Below are positions 1 to 12,400 of a DNA stretch of 64,000 nt, piece by piece (position 1 is the first letter of the stretch; every line of letters begins with the position of its first letter). The DNA is taken from the NCBI RefSeq assembly GCF_006345805.1, contig NC_042998.1, positions 76,198,001 through 76,262,000 of the forward strand, in the 5' to 3' direction. The translations under genes and the position numbers were made by a program. A model generated the notes under the pieces. It saw only the letters and a list, made by a program, of their open reading frames with translations. It did no database searches and had not been told where the DNA came from. This DNA is from Octopus sinensis. Its lineage: Eukaryota.

Positions 1-1479
1 CAGACACAAAAATACACTTTTAGTAGGTGTACCACTAACATTAACTATATCCTCGAAGTAAGTAGAACTATACTGCTTTTAGTTTAATAATCTCTGCTAT
101 ACCTTACACAACGCACTATATAAAATAATAATAATAAATAATATATTTATAGTGAGTGTCATAGCATGTCTAGACATACTGAATTTGAACCACAGTTTTC
201 AATCATGAATGAAATCAAAAGCTCAAAGGAAAAATATGTTACAACTCCCATTTTCATCTTTGTATTTGTTAGTCTGTGGAATAAGGGTAGGGGACAACTC
301 AGTGAGGCTGATGCAGTATGTATTGTCTAACCAACAAGAGAGTTCTAGATGAGTGTAGTTCTACAGGAAAAGTACTGAGCACCAAATTTAGTATGAGGGA
401 TTTAAAAAGCTAACCAATTTCAAAAACATGCGTTAAATAAAGTTATAAGGAAATTTACCAGTTAGATTTTTTTCCCATTGATGCATTTTCAAGATGGCTA
501 AGTCTTGGCTATAATACTGGAATAAAAGAGAGAAGGTCTATAAATAGTCAAGTAAAATGAAGAAGAGAATTTTCGAGATTTTACTAGAATATTGTGATTA
601 TCATTTAATGTATTAGAGAATGTTAGATGGTACTACTACTATTACCGATGCAGCAGCAACAACAACAATCATCTCTCACATCAGAACAAGAATGTAGAGG
701 GACAGAATTGAAATTTGTAGTGTATTTAATCTAACAATTAAATATCCTACTCAAAAAGAAAGGGTTTGAAGTGAGAAAAAACAAAAGGATGAAAATAATT
801 TTAAAATGGGAAGAAATAGATGAAATCAATTAGTAAGAATAAGATCGCACTCTGAAATAATTAGTGAAAATCAGCAAACATTATGGAATGACATACAGGT
901 GAACTTTGGAAAACAATATGAATTCTTTTTATTAATAACTAAAAACATCAAAATATATTAGTTTGCAGATCTCTCTCTCTATTTCATAAGAGTCTTAAGC
1001 TATGAAGGCATACAAGCTACCTATTCTGTTTTCTCTGGCCTATTTCACTGTTTCTGTATTTATGGTGAATTCTGATAACTGAAGATACAGATATTTATGG
1101 ATAACAGTACAGAGACACTATATCAAATTTAAGATACTATTATTTATCATATTAAACTTTATCATTCTCTTCTCTCAGCTTTCTCCTTCTACCTTGCTCT
1201 CTCTCTCCTTAATAAGAGTAAAGAATACTGAATATACATGAGCTGTTGGTTCTATCTGATTATTGCCTCATTTCTGCGTCTACAATGTTCGATTATGATA
1301 ATTAGCAATATCACACATTTATGGATAAACTCCATAAAGTGGCTAGAATTAGGAAAGGCATCAAATTGAAGAAACCATGCAAAAAATGGAGTGTATAAGT
1401 GAGACATGGTCAACCAACTCGTTCAGCATGGAAAATGAACTAGATAGTCTATTCCATTGAGAAAACATACCTAGCCAGT

Positions 1480-3150
1480 AGTGCTGTCGGGGTCATCACC
1501 CTTTATCTTGACAAATATCATCAAAGGCATGTAGTTTTCCAGAGCAAATCAGTGTGTTAGTGTAAATGAAGTGTTTTTGAGGGAAAAAAATCATATGGAA
1601 CAATAGTGGTGCATTTGCCATAACTGATTCTGAGAAGAAAGTGGCATGGAAATGGAAAGTTACTATTAGAGATTGCTGAATGTGAAGAACATGAGGGAGA
1701 GGAATTACCCCAACACCACTCAACAAAGGGATTAGCTATTAAGGTTCACAGCTATACAATTGAAAGCAAAGTATAGGTGCTGAGATTCTGAAAATATATG
1801 GTGAAGTAGGACATATACTAGTCATTCATAAAGTCAATCAGATAGTACAGGGAAATGTCATACCCAATGAATAGTATAACAGTAGATAAGCTAGAAACAA
1901 TCACCTTCATAAGTATAAAAATGATTGATCAAATTATGAGAGTAATGAGTTTTAGCACAACTAATTAGGAAGAGAATCAATTTAGATGAGATGCAATTTG
2001 GGTTTGTGCCAGAATAAGGTGCCACTGATGTTCTCTTCCTAGTGAGGCAACAACAGGGAAAGTCTTAGTTAAAAGTAATCCCCTACACCTAGCATTTGTT
2101 GACCTGGAGAAGACCTTTGACAGAGTACCACACTCTATAGGGTTATGATTACTAAGAAAGCTATGTGAAAATAAATGGCTCATGAGAGCCATGCAAGTCA
2201 TGCACAAGGATACCATCAACAATGTGAGAGTTAGCAACAAGTTTAGTGAGAGTAGATGTGTATCAGGGATTGGTTCTCAGCCCTCTACAGTTCATTATAG
2301 ATCTAAAGGTCATATCAGAAGAGTTTAAAACTGGTTATTAACGAGAACTGTTTACAAATAAGCTAATTGTCAGCTAAATTCAGCAAAAATTTAAAAGAAA
2401 TTCTAAATGTGTAAGTAAAACCTAAAACTGAGAGGCCCTAAAGTAAACCTAACAAAGACAAGTTTTAGGAGGATAGAAGAGAGACCTCTAGTGCCATCTA
2501 TAAAATGGCTGTGCTCAATATGCAGAAAAAGACTAGACAAGAATTCTGTAAGTACTAAATGTAAGGCATGATGACACAAGAGGTGTAGTGGGATTACAGA
2601 CAGGCTGACGAAGAGGGAATATTTCATATGTAGCAGAGGTACAGGAGAAGTTAGCAGCAAGAAAAATTGTGAAATAAATTTTTACAAGCTTGTAAGTTTC
2701 AGAGAAGTAGTTGATAGCTTCGATTACCAAGATGATTTAGGTATCTGAAGATAAATGTTGCAAAGTGCAATATTGCATAATTGTGAAACATGGGGATTGA
2801 ATATGGATGTATGAAGACTGGAGAGAAATGAAGCAAGCAGGCTTTGCTGGATGTGATATGTTAGTGCATAAGGATGATAAAGCACAAATGAGCTGAGAAA
2901 ATAAATGGGTATAAAAAGAATTACATTTGGTTTGTAAGAGAAAAGGCTTATGTTATATGAGCATGTGGAGGCTGATTGATGGGTAAGTGCCAAATAAGTC
3001 AAGTGACAGGAACTTGTAGAAGATGAAGACCAAAGGAAACCTGGGAAGATATGGTGAAAGATGGCCTCAAGAAGCTGAACCTCACAAAGGAGAAGACAAA
3101 AGCCTATAATATGTAGTCCTTTGTAACTCATACAAACTTGGAAAAATAAC
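1480..3150 (+). mobile_element. Degenerate RTE-clade LINE (RT region and 3' end)
   Basis: Broken frames give AITDSEKKVAWK, RLLNV, LHLAFVDLEKTFDRVP and the RTE C-terminal gtgacaggaacttgtagaagatgaagacc motif; many stops and frameshifts. Confidence 0.85.
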
Positions 3151-3306
3151 AGTCATATCTGTTGTTAACAAAAGTTTACTGATTAAAGATTAGTAAGCTA
3201 TAATGCTAAATGAATTATAGAAATGATCAATGATAATATGTAGAAGTGTTACAGTTAAATAAAAATAATACTGCAAGAAACAGAAATAAATTAAGCATCA
3301 ACCTAC

Positions 3307-3420
3307 CTGGTGTATTGATTCTAACTGCTTCCAATGATCATATCTATTGAGGCACATCAATTCTAATTTACGCAGCATGAATTCAAACCGTTTTCGACTG
3401 GGGGGCTTATATAATTTAGG
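3307..3420 (-). CDS. SMCR8: SMCR8 coding exon 10 (PKLYKPPSRKRFEFMLRKLELMCLNRYDHWKQLESIHQ)
   Basis: Acceptor ttttattcag, donor gtaggt, 114 nt; resembles recalled PKLIKAKSTKCFDKKLKTLEELC. Confidence 0.9.
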
Positions 3421-6400
3421 CTGAATAAAAGAAAGGTAATACTGATTTTATATAAGCTATTAGCAAAACAAAACAAAATGACATCTAATAGTAAATCATT
3501 TTACCAATTCAAATGTCTTATCCTCTAAACCATCTCACACTGGTAAAGATGTTAACAAATGATTCATGATAAGTTGAGCTTGTTTAATATATTAGTGTCA
3601 AGGTTGCAGTAAGGCAGTGAAAATCTGGACACATTAAGAAATAAATGAATTTAAGTTTAAGTGCTAATGACTCTTCCATTTTGTAGGTATTTTAGTTTCA
3701 ACTCACAGTTTCAGATGGAGTTGTACTTGACAGACAAGGATAATTATAAAATAATCCTTTCTACTACAGCACAAAGCCAGAAATTTTGGGGGAAGAGGCT
3801 CGTCAATTAATTGACCCCAATGCTCAACTAGTACTTATTTCATTGACTTCAAAGTGATGAAAAGCAAAGTTGACTTTGACAAAATTTGAAGACAGAACAG
3901 AAAGAGCCAAAAGAAATGCTGTTAAGCATTTTATCAACACATTAACTATTATCTTTCATGTAATTAATGTTAAATAACAAAGAGACACATCTATATAAAG
4001 ATAATATGCATAATTCTTAAAATACATAGTCTTACAGTAAGTATAAAAATAAAGTTGATTTCTAGAGTAAGACAAATTATTTACCTTGTAGTTTGAAGGG
4101 TAATCAATCAAAAATAGGTGACTGGTTTTGTCAGATTTGCGGTCTGTTAAATGGCAAATAAGAACAAGCATTAATGAAACCCATTACATTGTTGAGTGTT
4201 AAGGTTACTTGCTGTAGCAGTATTAGCTAAGAGGGACAAAACATTTTTTACCAATTTCCCAGCAGAAGATGCAGATACTTTGATAAAGATTAAGACTTGA
4301 TTTCCCTCAAGTTCTTATAAAAAATTAGATATACTCATTCAGTTATGGATTGGATAAGTTCAAGTGTTGGGAGGTGGGGGAAGTGTGATTCTATAGTTAA
4401 TAATTTGATAATGAAGATTTTTGCAAAAATGTTAGTAATTGATTATCATCATCATCGTTTAGCATCCGCTTTCCCTGCTGGCATGGGTTGGACGGTTCAA
4501 ATGGGGTCTGAGAAGCCAGAAGGCTGCACCAGGCCCAGTCTGATCTGGCAATGTTTCTACGGCTGAATGCCCTTCCTAATGCCAACCACTCCATGAGTGT
4601 AGTGGGTGCTTTTTACGTGCCACCGGCACGGAGGCCAGGCAAGGCTGGCAACGGCCACGATCGGATGGTGCTTTTTACGTGCCACCGTGAAAAGACAATA
4701 AATATTAAAATGAAGGGAAAAAATCCCCATAATTTTATAAGCTGACACAAGTTGATACATATACAAAGTTCAGAAATCAGCATGTCTTAGGAGCTCATGT
4801 TTTATGGCAAGATCCCTTCAACATGAATAAGGAGGAAATACTATTTTTTCATATTGTAAATCAAGTAAGCCTCCTTTTACGTTAATTTAAGCTTATCACT
4901 AATAAGTCACCTCTTCAACTACTTTGACAGTGTTTCTTGAATAATCTTAATTCATGTACATTTGGATTAAATTTATAAATAAACAAACTGACCCAATATA
5001 ACTGAAGAAGAGTCTTCATGAGAAGAATTATCCTGCTGGAAAGAACTTGAAGACGCAAATGAAAATTCCGATTCACTGGAACATGGTACGACGGATTCCG
5101 ATGATTGGCTTGAGCTCTCTGATCTGTTGCTAGCTTCCTTTGATAAATGTTCACATGAGGAAATATCAGAACAGGAAAATGACCTGTCAACATTGTTTAC
5201 TACAACATACTGTTCATCAATAGGAGGGTCTTTATGTTTTGATTTCATACGACCCCGATGAAATTGATGACTTGATGTTAAGTTATTGGGGATATGTTTG
5301 TCATGTTCAACATTAGTTGAAACATCTTTAGATATTTTATTATTTTTGTTGATATTTGAGTCATTACAGCTTTTATCATCACCAACACCATCATGATTAA
5401 CATTATGATGATTTGCTAACTGATCACTGTCAATAGTTGACTGAACTGCTAAAGCTACTGGTCCATCTTCTCGACTATCATCTGTATGGCTGCTATCTTT
5501 ACATGTTGGATTATATTTCACATTAGCTTTAGTTCTGTATGCTGCGTAATCATTAAATAATTCAGGCTGAAATTAAAATAAGAGTTTCATTAGAGACCTC
5601 ATTATAATAATTACTCAGACATTGAACTATTAAAAATAAAATCAGTTAATTAATGATTAAACTAGAACAATTCAAAGAATGCATTTGTATATTTAAACTA
5701 AATATTGATAGAAAGGACACAAGAAAGTTAAGAGAGAACAGCAACAGAGAATTATATTTTTATCGAGGGAAAATGACTGGATGACTACTTATTGTTAAAT
5801 CCTTAATTCCAAACTCCACAATGTTACATTTTACAGATCTAGAATTGCCAGCATATCATTTTCAAAGTGAAAGTGTCATCTCTAAAAACATAAACCAACT
5901 AATTTTGTAGCTAATCTTATGGCTTCTTCAGACGACTATTTCATAACAGTCAGCTCAACTGTACTGCTTATGAAACTACCCTATGTTTATCTGTAAAAGG
6001 AAAACTGATCTTTTCAGTATGTGGTCCTTATATTAGGAGCTCCTCAACCATTAGAAAGGCAAGATATTTTCATTAAAAAAGGACGAATTATGCTTCTACA
6101 AGAAATAGTTATTCTATAGGAAATAGTTATAATAGACACTTTGGTTATGTTCCTTGCAAAGAAAGACTCGAAAAGGTCATGTTTGGAGTGGTGAATGTTA
6201 AGAACAAAAGTTAAATAAAATTAATGAATAATATAAAAGCTACCAAAGCTTTTAATATGTAAGAGTTGCCTTATTTTAGTGTAGTCTTTATGTCAGCTCT
6301 GATTAATCAGATTTTGGTCTATGATTAGAGTTTGGATGCTCAAATTTCTAAATTTCAGGCAGTGATCAGAAGTACAGAAAAAGACAACAATGTACAAGGT

Positions 6401-9400
6401 GAGCTTCTGTTTCCATAGATATTGTTAATGTAGTCATGCTATTAGTGTATTGTATAAGTTTTACCATGTGCTGTTATTGTAATTTAATTGATTGTGGTTG
6501 TGTGTGTGTGTGTGTGTGTGTATCATCACCATTTAATGTCTACTTTTTCATGCCTGCAATGGGTCAGACAGAATGTCAAAGCAAATTTTCATGCTTTCTG
6601 TCACCAACTTTCATCTATTTCCAAACAAGACCCGTTTTTCTTCTTAGACATAAAACGAACAACAACACTTGACTGATGGCTTTGCTCATTTACAATTATC
6701 ACATGATATCAAGACAAGGGCAACACACACATATGAGAGGCTTCTTTCAGTTTCTACCAGATCCACTCACAAGTGTTTTGTGGGCCCAGGCCATAGTAGC
6801 AAGACACTTTGTTAAGGGGCAGCACAATACAAGTAAACCCAAGACTACTTGATTGAGAAATAAGCTTCTTAACCTCACAGCCATGCCTGTACCAAATGAT
6901 GCTTCACTGGCTATGTAATATCAGTGTGCATGAATGATAGAGAGCAATTGAGCTGAAAGAAAAGCTGACTATAAGAAGAATTACATGAGTGAGCAAGAGA
7001 GATGTCTGTGCTGGTATAGGTGTGTTATGCATATAGATGGAAACAGCAGTATAAAAAAGTGCCAGATACTCAAAGTGGATGGAACTTGTGGAAGAGGGAA
7101 ACCTAGAAAGGCATGGGACAAAGTGTTGAAGAAGGATCTCATGAAGTTCAGATTCCTGAAAACAGCATAAAGGGCTGCAACAACTGGCAAATTGTACTTC
7201 ATCATCATCGTTTAATGTCCGTTTTCCATGCTGGCAAGGGTTGGACAGTTTGACTGAGGTCTCGAAAACCAGTGGCTGCACCAGGCTCCAATCTGATCTG
7301 GCAATGTTTCTACAGCTGGATGCCCTTCCTAATGCCAACCACTCTGAGAGTGTAGTGGGTGCTTTTTATGTGCCACGAGCACAGGAGCCAGTCAGGTGGG
7401 CCTGGCATTGATTGCATTCAGATAGTGTTTTTTTACATACCACTGGCACAGGAGCCAGTCAGGAGGCCTGGCATCAGCCACGTTCAGATGGTGCTTTTTA
7501 TGTGCCACACAGCACGGGAGCCAGTCAGACAAACCTGGATCAACCACACTTGAATGGTGCATTTTTATGTGCCACCGGCATGGAAGCCAGTCAGGAGGAA
7601 GTGACCACAGCTACAATTTTAGTTTTACTTGATTCAAAGGGTCTTCTCAAGCATATCTATCGCCTGACGCATCAAGGGTACTTTTAGTTGCCGGGTCTCC
7701 TCAGTCACAGCATATTTCCAGAGATCTCAGTCTCCTGTCATTGCCTCCATGAGAGCCAATGTTCGAAGGTCATTCTTCACCACCTCATCCCATGTCTTCC
7801 TGGGTCTACCTCTTCCACAGGTTCCTTCCATAGTTAGGGTGTGGCACTTCCTCACATATCTGTCCTCATCTATATGTAACACATAACCATACCAACGTAG
7901 TTATCTCTCTTGCACACCACATTTGATGCTTCTTATGTCCAACTTTTCTCTCAAGGCGCTCACACTGACATTACACATCCAGCAGGTCTTACTAGCTCCG
8001 TTTCTTTCAAGCCTATGCATGTCCTCAGCAGTCACGGCCCATGTTTCAGTGCCGTGTAGCATGGCAGTTCACACACATGCATTGTCTAACGATTGGGACC
8101 TGTGTCTGAACGTGTCAAAGTGCTGTCATCTGCCTGTCGGCTCTACTCCTGCAACTCAACTTGATTTCGAGCCGGGTCGTCTGCTGCTGGAGAGGACCGA
8201 TCAGGTAAAGGACCTGGGTATCTTGGTGGATTCCTCCTTTTCGCCTTCGGCCCAGTGCATCCATGCTGCCAACAAAGCGCGCGGAATTCTGTTTTTGATT
8301 CGACGGTCATTCGGAATGCTCACAGCAGCCATATTCCTACCACTCTATGTCATGCTGGTGAGACCCATATTGGAGTATGGGATTCAAGCCTCTTCTCCTT
8401 ATCTCCTCAAAGACATACAGCATCTCGAAAGAGTCCAGAGGCTGGCTACCCGCATGGTTCATGGTCTCAAAAATTTGTCCTACGAAGAAAGGCTGAGGAC
8501 GCTCGACCTTTATTCTCTTGAAAAACGCCGCCGCTGTGGTGATCTCATTCTCGCCCACAACATCATAAGCGGGAAGTGTAACCTCTCGAAAGAGCTGTTC
8601 TTCACTCCTGCTCCGGAGCGTCGGCTGCGGGGTCATTCCGAAAAGCTCTACCTGCGACGATTTCATCTCAATCGAAGGAGAGGAGCTTTCTCCGTCCGGG
8701 TTGCGGATCCGTGGAACAAGCTGCCAGACGAGATGGTGAAGATGCTGACGACCGCTTTGTTCAAAGCCTCCCTGGACCTCAAGTGGCCTGAACTCTTTAC
8801 ATGAACACCACCCTGTACTTAACTCCATGTCCCCCTACATGGCCTTGCTATTTGCTTTTGAGCCAAATTAACTAACTAACATACATCTACCTGTCATCCT
8901 GAGGGAAAGGCCCTTAGTTGCCAGCAGAGGTAGGATCTCCCTGAACTTTCCCCAGGCTATTCTTATTCTAGCTGCTACACTTTCAGAACAACCACCCCCA
9001 CTACAGACTTGGTTGCCTAGGTAGCGGAAGCTATCAACCACTTCTAATTTTTCCCCCGGCATGTGATGAAATCTGTACATGCATGGCAAACAAAAAGCTA
9101 AAACAGGGTTAGTGAAGGATGTCCTAGCTTCACTCATCCTCTATTCTCTCACTTATACAACACGCATCTAAGAGCACAGTAACTTCAAACAAGAATTGAT
9201 TCAACCCATGACAACCCATCAAACTCATGTCAGCATAGAAAAAAAACAACACATGATCATCATCATCATGATCATGACAACGATAATGATGATTGTAGTC
9301 ATGGATATACATTTGTTTTTTCCTTCACAATAGTACATTCTAATTGTCACTATATGTGATTTATTTGAAAAGAACCAATAACAGTAGCTATGCACTGGTG

Positions 9401-12400
9401 ACTAACAAATACAATAACTAGAAATTATAGCATTGCTCTTCTTTATATAGGAATATAAAACAAAGTTTTCAATTTACCTTATATTCTTCTAAGGCTTCCA
9501 AAATGTTTAAAGTTTCTTGTCTAAGATATTCAAGACTTTGCACAGTGACTGTTGGTGTATCTGATGCAGAGGCAGTGTTATCATTCGTAATAACAGAACA
9601 ACCATCTGACTTTTGATTCAAGCAGTCTGAAAGAAAGGCAAAAGAAAGAAAAATAACAGAAATAATTTAATTTTACAAAGACTGTCTTCGGTTACAAAAG
9701 ATGTCTCAAAAACAAATTTCTTTTATCAAATCTTTCTGTTTTCACTTCCATGGACTTCCAATTTTGAAAGTTGCAGATGTTTTTTAAAACAAAAAGAAGA
9801 ATGCCTCCCAAGTTCAAAGAACTGCTTGAATATTAAATAGAAGCGCTCTGGCAGTGAAACAATGAACTAATGGGAGCATAAATGAAAACAGGATAGCATG
9901 TGAGTGTTTATGGAGAGAAGTTTTATTAACATACATGTATGTGAGTGAATTATCTTGTTTGATTACTCAGGGAAGAACAGTCATACCAACTTTACTGTTG
10001 TTGTAGTTCTTATTCTGGTTGCCCCAATATAAGTTTAATATTGCAATTCAAGCCCAAACCACTCTACAATTTTCATGGGGTTGTTCTATAAATTAATAGC
10101 ATCAACTGTGAAGTAGAAGAAAAGAGTGATATCATGGAACATGCTTTGCAATCAAGACATGTTGGTGATTCCTGAATCTATATGACAGTGATGATCATTG
10201 AGCATTGTGCCAAAAACAAGAGCACAGCTGTGCCAGTGCATGCCTTGTAACTTTGGATATGACTCAAACTGTGAAGACCAGACCAAACTATGCCAGCATA
10301 GAAAACAGGCATACCTGATGCTAATGGGTCCACACTGGGCTTGCATAATCAAGAATTAGCCAGCCAATTGCTTTATAGATTACTGAAATTGTGAATTTAT
10401 CTTGTTGCCAAGTACTGATAGTCAATGATTTAAAAGTATTATTTCTTTGTTGAACACAGGCCGTCATTCTTCTATAATGTGGTGACTTAATATGTGGTGA
10501 ACTTGAACATAATGGAAATGGGTATTGTGAGGTGTGAACAAAGTTTCTTGATTCAAGTGTTGAAGGTCACAATCCTCTATCACATAAAAGTCAATAATGT
10601 TTGGCAAGTAGTAGCTCAATATAGTAGTGATCATGTTTGGATCAGATTTTGAAACTGAAACTACAAAATCATTAGCACAGCTAATGAGACTGAATGCTTT
10701 GGAGACAAAAACTCAACTAACAAAAAAGAAGTCAAAGAATAAAGGAAACGTCCAGCTCCTCTGTGAAACCCTGAAGTTTCATGGTTCCATTCTTAGATAT
10801 TTTGTCCTTGGAACTTGGTTTTCAGCTGGCTCAAATACTTGCAACAAAGTGAACTTCACTAATGATACCCAAGAAAGGTGGTGGTGTTAAACTGTCAACA
10901 GTTTAAGCCTACCACTCATGAACTAAGAACATAGAGCCAGAATAAGTGCAAGGCATCTCACCCGGTACTCTAACAATTCCATTAATCTATTGCCCTGGAT
11001 TGGAACTTATTTAATCAACCCCCAAAATATGAAAGGCAAAGTTGAGCTTGGTGGATCTGAACAGAGAGCCAAAACAAATCAAGGAATTTTGTCCCATACT
11101 CTGATGGTTCTTATAATTCATCACATTGTTAAGTATTGTGCTACAGATAAATGCATTGTAGACTGTTTGTTTTGGACAAATCCAACTGCAATATATATTA
11201 AGAGCTGCAGAAATGCTCAAGTTGTAAAGTGTTGACATTTGAACTTGTACTAGTGGTCTTGGAGAGTTAGATGGACACTGATTGTTAGTGAAAGGCACTT
11301 TCAAAAACTTTTACAATTTGTAAAGAGATACTGGTCTGTATAATGTTGAGTCAGTAACAACTTTGTTAGACTTCACAAGAAAGATGATAGACAAAATCTT
11401 CAAAATTGCTGGGATTTTGCAGTTTTTTAGTGAAAGTACATGATACCAAGCTTGCTAATATTCTTCACATGATATAATTAAACTGTCTGGATTTTCTGCT
11501 TTGGAATTTTTGAGTTTGTTTTCATTGTTAATTCTAGCTCTTCATCTTTTGTCTTCTAAAGTTTGAAATCCAAAATATGTCATTGAATTTGTTTGCCAGC
11601 ATTTCTAGATGTGAAATGAACTTGTTAAATATTTTGAGAATGCTTACTTTGGTGGTCCAATGCTTTCATTGTTTTCCAATTCCTCAGTTTTTGTGCAATA
11701 ATCAAAATACTGGATAAGTTCTAGCTATTATCCTCCTCCTCTCTCTCTCTCTCTCTCTCTTGAAATCTCAAATTAGTTGCCACTATTTTATAAACCCCAG
11801 TTATAACCTTAATGTTATTAAACAGATACAAACTAAACTAATTCAAAAACAGTTATTTTCAACTGATAAAATTTAATTAATAGTCAAAAGTCAAGAGAAG
11901 ATGAAAATGCTTCATCTTAAGCAAAATTCCATATTGCTGAGAAAAAATGTTTTTTGCCATTTCAGATCACCTCCAATTTTCTCCAACTTTAGATTCTAAT
12001 TTTTATTCACTGCATTTGCTCATTCAAAACATAAACAAACAAAAACAAATGGCTTTATGTAAACCTTCTTCAATATAGACTACTACACTGATTTTTGTTG
12101 AAGCAGACTATCACAAGTCTTTCCAAACTCTTGTGTTTAACACTGTCTGCACATATTGCTATTTACAGGTTTCAATCCAAACCAATAGCCTAGGGAAGCT
12201 GTAAGTTTACAGAAAGACACACATAATCTCTTCCATTGTTACCAGTCATCAACCAATAATCTTTTACCAATCCAGAATAGTACTCAAGTCTTACAGTGTC
12301 ATTATGTTGTACCTCCTCTCCAAGTGTAGTTAGTCACTGGATTCTCTGTAAGAGGTCCTTCTGCTCTTTAACAACTTTGTTGGGTGGTGTTAGCCAGTTT

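Noticed and set aside
1496-1726. Minus-strand 76-aa ORF as the next SMCR8 exon
   Set aside because: It is the antisense of an RTE LINE fragment (plus strand gives AITDSEKKVAWK, RLLNV), has no SMCR8 similarity and ends in a stop.
7923-8804. 293-aa ORF as a host gene
   Set aside because: Chimeric: the first ~53 codons are antisense RTE sequence and the rest is CR1 RT C-terminus. The overlapping ORFs 8255..8521 and 8337..8828 are shadow frames.
11648-11709. Exon-like segment YFDYCTKTEELENNESIGPP with a gtaagc donor
   Set aside because: 62 nt would frameshift between exons 6 and 7, which already join in phase; the acceptor context is purine-rich.
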